Assembly: GCA_964384465.1 (NCBI GenBank)
Contig: CAYLLT010000019.1
Location: 2,826-66,825, forward strand
Origin: an uncultured Planctomycetales bacterium
GTDB lineage: Bacteria; Planctomycetota; Phycisphaerae; UBA1845; PWPN01
Length of the DNA: 64,000 bases
Direction: 5' to 3'
The notes under the pieces were generated by a model, which was given only the letters and a program-made list of their open reading frames with translations, searched no databases and was not told the origin of the DNA. The position numbers were made by a program, and so were the translations under genes. Each line of letters starts with the position of its first letter. Within the stretch, counting starts at the first letter, position 1. This document shows, one piece after another, positions 21,547 through 29,235 of this stretch.

Positions 21547-22673
21547 GCATCATCTCCGGCAGAGGTTTGAGGAGCCGATTCTTCGGAGGTTTCTTCTACT
21601 TCCATGTTTTCCATCGCATCATTCTCGTCGGGGAACGCCTCGATATCAGATGTCTGCGGCGGACTGGCCGGTGCTTTCTCACGTTCCGCTTCGATCATGA
21701 CCCACAGCCGTTCGCCCAGCGGCTCCAGGCCCGCTCCGGTGACGCCGCTGATTGGGAGGACCTCCTGCCCCAGCTCCTCGCGCAGGTCGTCGACGGCAGC
21801 CAGCGTATCCGACAGATCTATTTTATTCGCCGCGATGATTTCCGGCTTGTCGGCCAGCTTCTGTGAGTACTTTTGGAGCTCATTGCGGATGATACGATAC
21901 GCTTCGGCCGGCCGCGGCTGTCCCTCGATCGGATGCACATCCACGAGGTGTACGATCACGCGCGTTCGCTCGATGTGCCGAAGGAAGTCGTCGCCCAGGC
22001 CGGAACCCTCGTGCGCCCCTTCGATGAGCCCGGGGATATCGGCCATGACGAAACGCCGGTATCCCGGCAGCTCGACGATGCCCAGTTGCGGCGACAGCGT
22101 AGTGAACGGGTAGTCGGCGATCTTGGGGTGCGCCCGGCTCAGCCGCGACAGCAGCGTGCTCTTTCCGGCGTTGGGCAGGCCGACCAGGCCGACGTCGGCG
22201 ATCAGCTTCAGTTCGAGCCGCAACCAGCGCTCCTCCGGCTCCTCGCCCGGCTGAGCGAACCGCGGCGCCTGATAGCGCGAGCTGGCAAAATGGGCGTTGC
22301 CTTTGCCGCCCCGGCCGCCGCGGGCGATGCGCACTTTCATGCCCGGTTTGTCCAGGTCCTTGAGCAGCCGCCCGCTGTCGCGATCGTAAACCAGCGTGCC
22401 CGGCGGGACGCGGATGATGAGGTCTTTGCCGCTGCGGCCGCTCATGTTCCTGCCTTGTCCGGGCCGCCCGCTGTCAGCGACCCAGTGATGCCGGCCGGTG
22501 AAGTCCAGGAGCGTCGTCACGGACGGGTCGGCATCGAGATAGACGCTGCCACCGTGGCCGCCTTCGCCGCCGTCTGGCCCGCCCTTGGGGATGTATTTCT
22601 CTCGACGGAAACTAACGCAACCCGCGCCGCCGCTGCCCCCTCGTACGAAGATCTCCGCGAGGTCGATGAACAT
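21543..22673 (-). CDS. obg: GTPase Obg/CgtA
   Basis: MFIDLAEIFVRGGSGGAGCVSFRREKYIPKGGPDGGEGGHGGSVYL (Obg fold). G-motifs GLPNAGKSTLL, DIPGLIEGA, NKID. 4-bp overlap with the coaX start. Confidence 0.92.
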   Translation of the reverse strand: MFIDLAEIFVRGGSGGAGCVSFRREKYIPKGGPDGGEGGHGGSVYLDADPSVTTLLDFTGRHHWVADSGRPGQGRNMSGRSGKDLIIRVPPGTLVYDRDSGRLLKDLDKPGMKVRIARGGRGGKGNAHFASSRYQAPRFAQPGEEPEERWLRLELKLIADVGLVGLPNAGKSTLLSRLSRAHPKIADYPFTTLSPQLGIVELPGYRRFVMADIPGLIEGAHEGSGLGDDFLRHIERTRVIVHLVDVHPIEGQPRPAEAYRIIRNELQKYSQKLADKPEIIAANKIDLSDTLAAVDDLREELGQEVLPISGVTGAGLEPLGERLWVMIEAEREKAPASPPQTSDIEAFPDENDAMENMEVEETSEESAPQTSAGDDA

Positions 22674-22762
22674 GGAAACTACCTGCGGCAGCTATGACAA
22701 AAGCCCACGGAGTGCGATCCGTGGGCTTCATGCCGATGAATCACTGTTCAATCGTAGGCCGG

Positions 22763-23011
22763 TCAGTTCAGCGCGCCGGGCACGATCTCCACGCGGCGGC
22801 CTTTGAACACCACGGTACCGTCCGCCAGGGCATAGAGCGTGTCGTCTTTCCCGCGGCCGACGAAGCGACCGGGCAGGAAAGGCGTGCCGCACTGCCGCAC
22901 GATGATCGATCCGATCCGCGCCCGCTCGCCACCGAACAGCTTGACGCCGCGATACTGCGCGTTGCTGTCCCGCCCGTTTCGGGTGGAGCCTTGTCCTTTT
23001 TTATGAGCCAT
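22763..23011 (-). CDS. rpmA: 50S ribosomal protein L27
   Basis: [43 protein letters not shown]... starting at ATG 23011. The longer ORF-track version (to 23098) runs through a REP hairpin. Confidence 0.93.
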   Translation of the reverse strand: MAHKKGQGSTRNGRDSNAQYRGVKLFGGERARIGSIIVRQCGTPFLPGRFVGRGKDDTLYALADGTVVFKGRRVEIVPGALN

Positions 23012-23033
23012 TGCACCTGCCTCCAATTGATCC

Positions 23034-23092
23034 GAGCCGCGACCGTAAGGGAGCGCAATACAGAGACAACCGCTCCCTTGCGGTCGCGGCTC
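23034..23092. repeat. REP-like hairpin, family 'GAGCCGCGACCGTAAGGGAGCG' (copy 1)
   Basis: Arms 23034-23055 and 23071-23092 are complementary (22 bp, one G-U position) with a 15-nt loop. Same arm sequence as 34864-34885. Confidence 0.9.
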
Positions 23093-23104
23093 TGTCAACT
23101 CCCT

Positions 23105-23761
23105 CTACCGCATGATCCACTTCTCGTCGCCGAGCATCCGCTCCGGGACGGCCATCTCGCGTACGCTCTGTCCGCCGGGCAGCTTGTATGGGATCGACAG
23201 TGTTTTGCGAAGAATAAAATACCTCTTATTTGTATCGCTCTCTGGCTTCCCGGCGTCAAAGACCGGGTTCTTCATCCGCGCCATCTCACCGGAAAGCCCG
23301 GCCACATAAACCGTGAACGAGCGGGCCTTGGGATCGAGGTTCCGCCAGATCGCGACGCTGTGACGTTTGCGATCTTCGCCCCGGAGCAATCGCCCGATCG
23401 CCTGCTCCGGCGGGACCAGCATCCGATCGCCGGCCCGCCGCTGGATCGCCTTGAACGCCTCCGGGCTGACCTTGATCTCGCTGGGCACTACCTGAAGCGT
23501 GTCCGTCACCAACTCGAACCGAGGGTAGAAGTCCACCTCGCGATCGCTCGAATTCTCGACGGTGTAAAGCATGAACCAGTAAACGACAGGCGTCTTCTCG
23601 CCCGGCAGCACGACCGAGACGCGCTGCGGATCGTGGTAGCGGAAATTCAGCTCCCACGACGTGGGGGCGATCGACGGCTCGGGCACGCCGGACGAGACCG
23701 GTATGCCCACAGACGTTGTTGCGTACAAGCTTAGTAATAGCAATAGGTTATGCATATCCAA
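23105..23761 (-). CDS. Secreted hypothetical protein
   Basis: Signal-like MHNLLLLLSLYATTSVG. Consistent GC3-rich frame. Occupies the position upstream of rpmA where rplU usually lies. No family recognised. Confidence 0.55.
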   Translation of the reverse strand: MDMHNLLLLLSLYATTSVGIPVSSGVPEPSIAPTSWELNFRYHDPQRVSVVLPGEKTPVVYWFMLYTVENSSDREVDFYPRFELVTDTLQVVPSEIKVSPEAFKAIQRRAGDRMLVPPEQAIGRLLRGEDRKRHSVAIWRNLDPKARSFTVYVAGLSGEMARMKNPVFDAGKPESDTNKRYFILRKTLSIPYKLPGGQSVREMAVPERMLGDEKWIMR

Positions 23762-23873
23762 GCTTCCCGGAGAATAACGACCTAAGCCTCACCGATTCTG
23801 CGTGCGTTCAATTCTAGGGCTTTGTGCGGGCACGTCAAGGCATGTTGCACCGCCGCCAGTATAATCCCCTGCC

Positions 23874-24422
23874 ATGCAGGACGACATCGACCGAATTCTG
23901 ATTCCACGCGAGCGGATCGCGGAGCGGATCCGCGAGATGGCCGGCGAGATCGCGCGAATGTACGCCGATGACCCCGAGGCCGGTTTGACGCTGGTGACCA
24001 TCCTGTCCGGCTCGCTCATCTTTCTGGCGGACCTCATCCGGCAGATGCCGCTGCGCATGAAGATCGGCCTGGTCACCGTGTCGAGCTATCGCGGAGCCAC
24101 GACCGAATCGCGCGGGGCGATGATGCTGAAGGACCTGAACGTGGAGATCGCCGGGCGGCACGTTCTGGTAATCGACGACATTCTCGATACCGGCGGCACA
24201 CTGCGCATGGTGCGGCAGCGGCTGGAGTGGTTCGGCCCCAAGTCGATCCGCACCTGCGTGCTGTTGCGCAAGCCCGACAAGGCGCCGCCGGACGTGACGG
24301 CCGATTTCGTGGGCTTCGATATCGAGGACGTTTTCGTCGTCGGGTACGGGTTGGATTACAATGATCTCTATCGTAATCTGCCGGATATTGGTGTCCTCCG
24401 CAGGGAGCTATATCAATCCTGA
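23874..24422 (+). CDS. hpt: Hypoxanthine phosphoribosyltransferase
   Basis: 182 aa. PRPP-binding motif VLVIDDILDTGGTL and the typical Hpt N-terminus (ILIPRERIAERIREMAGEI...). Confidence 0.9.
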   Translation: MQDDIDRILIPRERIAERIREMAGEIARMYADDPEAGLTLVTILSGSLIFLADLIRQMPLRMKIGLVTVSSYRGATTESRGAMMLKDLNVEIAGRHVLVIDDILDTGGTLRMVRQRLEWFGPKSIRTCVLLRKPDKAPPDVTADFVGFDIEDVFVVGYGLDYNDLYRNLPDIGVLRRELYQS

Positions 24423-24427
24423 ACCGG

Positions 24428-25126
24428 ATGATTCACCACGAAGACACGGAGACACGGAGAATGCGTTGCGAATCGCAAATTGCGGATTGCGAATTGAGAT
24501 TACGAGCATCGAACGCGCATTCTTCAATCCGCAATTCGCAATCCGCAATCCGCAATCAATATCCCCGCCCGCTGTTCACCGAAGCCGGCGGCGCCCAGCC
24601 CGAAGCCATCGCCGCTGAGGAACTGCTGCCCGCGCATCTACTGGACGGCGGCGAGATCGTCATCCTGGCCATCAAACCGTCGTTATGGTTTGTCATTTTC
24701 ATGTCCTTCCGGTGGCTGGCCGCTATGGTGTTCGTGATCCTGCTGGCAGGCTGGGCCGGGCAGCGGTTCGCGTTCCTGAACACCGTGATGATCGTGCAGG
24801 CGGCTTCGGTGCTGGGCGCGGGACGGGTCGGCTTCGCTTTATTGCAGTGGGTCTCGCGGCTGTACGTGCTGACCAACCGCCGGATCCTGCGGCTGACCGG
24901 AATCTTTAACGTCGATCTTTTCGAGTGCCCGCTGACCAAGATTCAGAATACGTACCTGACGCTGGCGTGGTACGAGCGGCTGACCGGCGTCGGCACCATT
25001 TCGTTCGCCACGGCGGGCACCGGCGGCATCGAGGCGTCGTGGAGCAACGTCAACAACCCGCTCGAAGTGCACGAGCGGGTCCGGTCGGCCATTCATCGTG
25101 CGGGCAGGCCCGGCAATGGATTATGA
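24428..25126 (+). CDS. Membrane protein with a bacterial PH (bPH_2/YdbS-like) domain; start uncertain
   Basis: Two TM helices (LWFVIFMSFRWLAAMVFVILLAG; IVQAASVLGAGRVGFALL) followed by YVLTNRRILRLTG...IQNTYL...GVGTISF, typical of bPH_2. The first ~45 codons of the ORF cross the 24466-24560 repeat, so the true start is probably internal or non-ATG. Confidence 0.6.
   Translation: MIHHEDTETRRMRCESQIADCELRLRASNAHSSIRNSQSAIRNQYPRPLFTEAGGAQPEAIAAEELLPAHLLDGGEIVILAIKPSLWFVIFMSFRWLAAMVFVILLAGWAGQRFAFLNTVMIVQAASVLGAGRVGFALLQWVSRLYVLTNRRILRLTGIFNVDLFECPLTKIQNTYLTLAWYERLTGVGTISFATAGTGGIEASWSNVNNPLEVHERVRSAIHRAGRPGNGL
24466..24560. repeat. Simple-sequence inverted repeat (TTGCGAATCGCAAATTGCGGATTGCGAATTGA ... 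TCAATCCGCAATTCGCAATCCGCAATCCGCAATCAA)
   Basis: Read directly. Left arm 24466-24497 and right arm 24525-24560 are built from CGCAAT/ATTGCG units in opposite orientation. Confidence 0.85.
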
Positions 25127-26198
25127 TTCCACGCCGCCAGTCTCGGCCACGTCATCCAGCCTCCGGCATGCCGGGGGTTACGCCGCTTACCGACGATTGT
25201 TGTTGACCTTGCTCGCTGTATACGCGGCCATGGCGATGCTGTCCGGTCTGGACACGCAGCGCGAGCCGCTGAACCCGCGGCTCTGGCGGTTCGATGTGCC
25301 GCGCTTCGTCGTACAGGAGCGGCCGGGCGGCGGCTGGGCGTTCAACAGTTACAACCAGCGAAAGATTCTGGAGCAGGCGGCGATCAACCTCACGCTCGGC
25401 GCCGGCATGACTTTCGTCATTCTCACCGGCGGCATCGACCTGTCCGTCGGTTCGCTGCTGGCGCTGTGTAATGTCATCTTCGTCCTGGCGCTCCAACGAT
25501 ATGGCAGTGATGGGTCATTGACGTTGAATGGTTTCGGAGCCGCGGTGCTGGCTTGCCTCTTCGCGGGGCTCCTCTGCGGCGCCGCCAACGGCTGGCTCGC
25601 GGTCGCGCTGCGGATCCCTTCATTCATCGTGACGCTGGGCACGCTTCTGGTCATACGCGGCCTCGCCTACTGGGTCAGCGGCGGCGAAACCAAACTGCTC
25701 TCGTGTCCCGGCACGCTGACGGTCGCGATCCCCATCGGCGTTTCGCTGCTGTCGGTCGTGGTGTCGGGGATATTCCTCGCGGCGACGGCCGGCGGGCGGC
25801 GAGTCTACGCGGTCGGCGGCAACCTGCTGGCCTCGGAGTATGCCGGCGTGCGGACGCAGCGCGTGCGCGTGCTGTGCTTCGCCTTCAGCGGCCTGTGCGC
25901 GGGCCTGGCTGGAATCATTTACTGGTCGCGCACCTCGACCGGCAGTTACACCGCCGGCGAAGGCGCCGAACTCTACGCCATCGCCGCTGTCGTCCTCGGC
26001 GGCACGCGCCTGGCCGGCGGTGAGGGCACCATCGTCGGCACGCTCATCGGCGCCCTCATCATGGCCGTCCTGGCCAACGGCCTCAACACCGCCGGCGTCC
26101 ACGAACTCACGCAAAAAATCATTGTCGGTTGTGTTCTCATCCTCGCCGCGTACATTGACAGCCGGCGCGGCGGCCGCGTTGCCGGCGTCGTCACCTGA
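25098..26198 (+). CDS. Sugar ABC transporter permease (RbsC/AraH-like)
   Basis: AAINLTLGAGMTFVILTGGIDLSVGSLLAL signature and ~9 TM segments. Start may be ATG 25116. Confidence 0.85.
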   Translation: MRAGPAMDYDSTPPVSATSSSLRHAGGYAAYRRLLLTLLAVYAAMAMLSGLDTQREPLNPRLWRFDVPRFVVQERPGGGWAFNSYNQRKILEQAAINLTLGAGMTFVILTGGIDLSVGSLLALCNVIFVLALQRYGSDGSLTLNGFGAAVLACLFAGLLCGAANGWLAVALRIPSFIVTLGTLLVIRGLAYWVSGGETKLLSCPGTLTVAIPIGVSLLSVVVSGIFLAATAGGRRVYAVGGNLLASEYAGVRTQRVRVLCFAFSGLCAGLAGIIYWSRTSTGSYTAGEGAELYAIAAVVLGGTRLAGGEGTIVGTLIGALIMAVLANGLNTAGVHELTQKIIVGCVLILAAYIDSRRGGRVAGVVT

Positions 26199-26205
26199 GG
26201 ACATG

Positions 26206-26234
26206 TTCAATTGGACAAGATCAAAGCTTATAAT
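26206..26234 (+). promoter_or_regulatory. Sigma-70-like promoter candidate TTCAAT-17-TATAAT
   Basis: TTCAAT 26206-26211, 17-nt spacer, perfect TATAAT 26229-26234. GGGAGG RBS at 26284-26289 precedes ATG 26299. Confidence 0.5.
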
Positions 26235-26298
26235 CAAGTGAACGCGAGGCACGGATATCCGCCTCTGACCATCCTTTCTCCGAGGGAGGTGATGCGCG

Positions 26299-26499
26299 AT
26301 GAGTGAGAAGCTGGCCCAATCGATCGACTGCCTGGCCATGAAGGATCGCATCCAGCAGAAGATCTACGAAGAGATCAAGGACCTTACGCCCGAGGAGGAG
26401 ATTGCGTACTTTCGGCGCAAGGTCGAGTCCGGCCCATTCGCCGAGATGTGGCGTCGGCTTAAGGACGCTCCGACAGTTCAGCCGAAGCCCCAGCCCTGA
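26299..26499 (+). CDS. Small hypothetical protein (66 aa), paralog A
   Basis: Shares the core IDCLAMKDRIQ.(K/E)IYEEIKDL..EE.IAY.RRK.E.GP.AE.W.R.K with the next ORF. Has its own RBS and promoter-like site. Confidence 0.6.
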   Translation: MSEKLAQSIDCLAMKDRIQQKIYEEIKDLTPEEEIAYFRRKVESGPFAEMWRRLKDAPTVQPKPQP

Positions 26500-26523
26500 G
26501 GTTTCGGGCTACAACTCGACTGG

Positions 26524-26730
26524 GTGAGTGCCATGTACGACCTAATCGATTGCCTGGCCATGAAGGATCGCATTCAGGAAGAGATCTACGAAGAGATCAA
26601 GGATCTGTCGGTCGAAGAGCAGATCGCCTACTATCGCCGCAAGGCAGAGACCGGTCCGCTGGCCGAGTTCTGGAAGCGGATCAAGGCTGCGAATCGGCAG
26701 TCCGAGCCGGCCTCGACGCCGCCGACCTGA
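26524..26730 (+). CDS. Small hypothetical protein (65-68 aa), paralog B
   Basis: Tandem paralog of 26299..26499. GTG 26524 or ATG 26533 start. Confidence 0.6.
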   Translation: MSAMYDLIDCLAMKDRIQEEIYEEIKDLSVEEQIAYYRRKAETGPLAEFWKRIKAANRQSEPASTPPT

Positions 26731-26836
26731 GCACCGGGCCGACCATCACACGTTTCAGCAATCCAGTTGCGTTCTCAACAGAACCGCGTACATTGCCGGC
26801 GGGATGGTTCTGCCGCTCCGCTGTAGGAAACCCATC

Positions 26837-27280
26837 ATGAGCAAGCGAAATCGGGTCGTACTTGTCGCCGCAATCGCATGCTTGGGCCTGATCGCCCTGA
26901 CTGTAACTGTGATGCGAGGACCCCTCATGACAGCGCGAGTTGGCGCCACAGTGACAAAATCCCAAGCTCAATGCCACGTGCTTGGGATAGCGCTGCAAGT
27001 GTTCAGGAACGACCATGGAAGGTGGCCATCTGAAGATGAAGGGCTGGATGCCCTGCTGAATGATCCGAATGGCCCGTACGTTGAGTCTTCCTCGGCTCTC
27101 ATTGACCCTTGGGGACAGAGGATACGCTATCGGGTATCCTCGGATGGAACGGCCAGCGTATCGTCGCTTGGTGCCGACAAATCGATCGGCGGAATTGGCA
27201 TTGATTCGGATATTGTCGTCACGGTTAGCGTGCCAACGACGCAGCCCAATCGATCAGCCACGACACGTTCTGCATACTGA
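26837..27280 (+). CDS. GspG-like (type II secretion pseudopilin C-terminal domain) protein lacking the prepilin cleavage/methylation motif
   Basis: C-terminal pattern LGIALQVFRNDHGRWPSEDEGLDALL...IDPWGQRIRYRV...SLGADKSIGGIGIDSDI matches the GspG globular domain. The N-terminus is a plain TM anchor (VVLVAAIACLGLIAL) without G-FTLIE. Confidence 0.6.
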   Translation: MSKRNRVVLVAAIACLGLIALTVTVMRGPLMTARVGATVTKSQAQCHVLGIALQVFRNDHGRWPSEDEGLDALLNDPNGPYVESSSALIDPWGQRIRYRVSSDGTASVSSLGADKSIGGIGIDSDIVVTVSVPTTQPNRSATTRSAY

Positions 27281-27304
27281 ATCTGCGTTGAAAGGGAGCC
27301 ATTC

Positions 27305-28297
27305 ATGCGAATCCGTTGCGATCTCCTGTTGATACTCGTTGGCCTGTTCGTTGGCTGCGATTCGAAGAACCAGGCAACGTCGAATTCCACAGAGACAGCA
27401 CCTGCCGATGGCCCCCGCATCGCGTTGCTCATGAAGGCCCGCACCAACCCGTTCTTCGACAAGATGGCGGCCGGGGCGGAGCGCAAGGCGAAGGAATTGC
27501 ACGTCAATCTCGAAGTGCTCGCCATCGACAAGGAAACCGACAGCGAGAAGCAAGCCGCCCAGGTCGAGACGGTCACGTCCAAAGGCGTGCAGGCGATTCT
27601 CATCGCGCCGGCGGATTCAAAGGCCATCATCGCTCCACTGCTTCAGGCCCAGCAGCGCGGGATCAAGATCATTAACCTGGATAACCGCATCAACGCCGAC
27701 GAGGCGAAGAAGGCCGGACTGAAGATCGAGGCGTTCATCGGCCCGAACAACGTGGCCGGCGCGCACAAGAGCGCCGCCGCCATGATTGAGAAGATCGAAA
27801 AGGATCCCTCCGTTGCCGTCTCTAGCGCCTCCCGTCAAGTGGCCATGCTGGAGGGCATCCGCGGCGTGGACAATGCCGAAGCCCGCAAAAAGGGTTTTCA
27901 GGAGGCGGTGGACGCTACCCGCGGCCGGGTGCAGATCGTGGCTATGGACACCGGCGAATGGATGACCGAGCCGGCCCAGAAAAAGATGGAGAGCATTCTG
28001 AACGCCCACCCGGACCTCAAGGGCGTGTTCTGCGCCAATGACATGATGGCGCTGGGCGTCATTCAGGCCGTCGCCTCCGCCGGCAAGACCGGCAAGATCA
28101 TCGTCGCCAGCTACGACAACCTCGACGCCGCCCGCCAGGCCATCAAAGCCGGCAGTCTCTACGCCACCATCGAGCAACACCCCGACAAAATGGGCGAACT
28201 CGGCGTCGAGTTCGCGCTCAAAGCCATCAGTGGCGAGAATATCCCGGCGGAAATCCCGGTGCCCACGGACCTCGTGATGGCCAAAGATCTGCAATAG
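27305..28297 (+). CDS. Sugar ABC transporter substrate-binding lipoprotein (RbsB-like)
   Basis: Lipobox LVGLFVGC. RIALLMKARTNPFFDKMAAGAE..., GVQAILIAPADS and FCANDMMALG are typical of the PBP-1 ribose-binding family. Confidence 0.85.
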   Translation: MRIRCDLLLILVGLFVGCDSKNQATSNSTETAPADGPRIALLMKARTNPFFDKMAAGAERKAKELHVNLEVLAIDKETDSEKQAAQVETVTSKGVQAILIAPADSKAIIAPLLQAQQRGIKIINLDNRINADEAKKAGLKIEAFIGPNNVAGAHKSAAAMIEKIEKDPSVAVSSASRQVAMLEGIRGVDNAEARKKGFQEAVDATRGRVQIVAMDTGEWMTEPAQKKMESILNAHPDLKGVFCANDMMALGVIQAVASAGKTGKIIVASYDNLDAARQAIKAGSLYATIEQHPDKMGELGVEFALKAISGENIPAEIPVPTDLVMAKDLQ

Positions 28298-28305
28298 ATG
28301 TATCC

Positions 28306-29085
28306 GTGCCTGACCGAATAGAAATACTCCGTGAGGACGACGATCTCCTGGTGGTCAACAAGCCCGCCGGCGTGCTGACGGTGCCGGGGCGGCAGGGCGG
28401 CGAATCGATCCGCGAAGTGCTCGAGCGGCAGACCGGCCGGCCGCAGGATTTTCGCCTCGTGCACCGCCTCGACCGCCAGACCAGCGGCGTGCTCGTGCTC
28501 GCGAAGACCGTGGATGCTCAGCGATCTCTTTCCGACCAGTTCTTCCACCACAAAGTTTCCAAGCAATACCTGGCCATCGTGGCCGGCTCACCGGAGGACG
28601 ACAGCGGTCTCATTCATGCCGCAATCGCGCCACACCCGCGGATCGCCGGCCGGATGACGATTGCCGCTAGGGGCAAGCCGTCGCAGACGCGCTGGCGGGT
28701 CGTCGAGCGATTCGGCGGCATCAGCGTCGTGCGCTGTTGGCCGCTCACCGGCCGGCAGCATCAGATTCGCGTCCATCTGAAGCTGATGGCTATGCCGCTG
28801 CTGGTCGATCCGCTGTACGGCACATCGGACGCGTTCTATCTCTCTCAGATCAAGAGCGATTACCGCACAAGCACCAGGCACGATGAACGCCCGCTGATCG
28901 CACGCCTGACTCTCCACGCGGAAGCGATCTCGTTCTCGCATCCCGCCACCGCGCAGCCGGTGTACGTCGAGGCCTCGCTACCGAAAGATTTCCGCGCCAC
29001 GCTGTCGCAGCTCAGGAAACTGAAAGGCGGAGAGGGAGAGAGTGGGAGACGGGGAGAGGGGGAGAAGCCCAGATTGAGAGAATGA
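28306..29085 (+). CDS. RluA-family pseudouridine synthase
   Basis: Catalytic motif HRLDRQTSGVLVLAK, and HQIRVH. GTG start. The last ~20 codons (GGEGESGRRGEGEKPRLRE) are encoded by the GA-rich repeat. Confidence 0.85.
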   Translation: MPDRIEILREDDDLLVVNKPAGVLTVPGRQGGESIREVLERQTGRPQDFRLVHRLDRQTSGVLVLAKTVDAQRSLSDQFFHHKVSKQYLAIVAGSPEDDSGLIHAAIAPHPRIAGRMTIAARGKPSQTRWRVVERFGGISVVRCWPLTGRQHQIRVHLKLMAMPLLVDPLYGTSDAFYLSQIKSDYRTSTRHDERPLIARLTLHAEAISFSHPATAQPVYVEASLPKDFRATLSQLRKLKGGEGESGRRGEGEKPRLRE

Positions 29086-29190
29086 GAGATGATGAGACGG
29101 AGAGAATCCGCGATGCTCTCTCACTTTCTCACCTTCACGCTTTCTCACTTCTCACGTCTCACTTCTCACGTCAAACGATCTTGCATCCCT
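29027..29190. repeat. Purine-rich / pyrimidine-rich simple-sequence inverted repeat (GAGAG... / ...CTCTC, CTCAC units)
   Basis: ggagagggagagagtgggagacggggagaggg...gagagaatgagagatgatgagacggagaga, followed by ctctctcactttctcaccttcacgctttctcacttctcacgtctcacttctcacg. Confidence 0.8.
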
Positions 29191-29235
29191 CCCGCGCGCT
29201 CTTTACAGTAGTCGTGTTTGCGGGAGCAGGACGCG

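Noticed and set aside
22763-23098. N-terminal extensions in the ORF track (rpmA to 23098; oxidoreductase to 53978; permease from 32463; murD to 2150).
   Set aside because: The extensions translate REP hairpins or AT-rich spacer (e.g. [15 protein letters not shown]) and precede well-placed internal ATG/GTG starts with RBS-like sequences, so the starts were trimmed.
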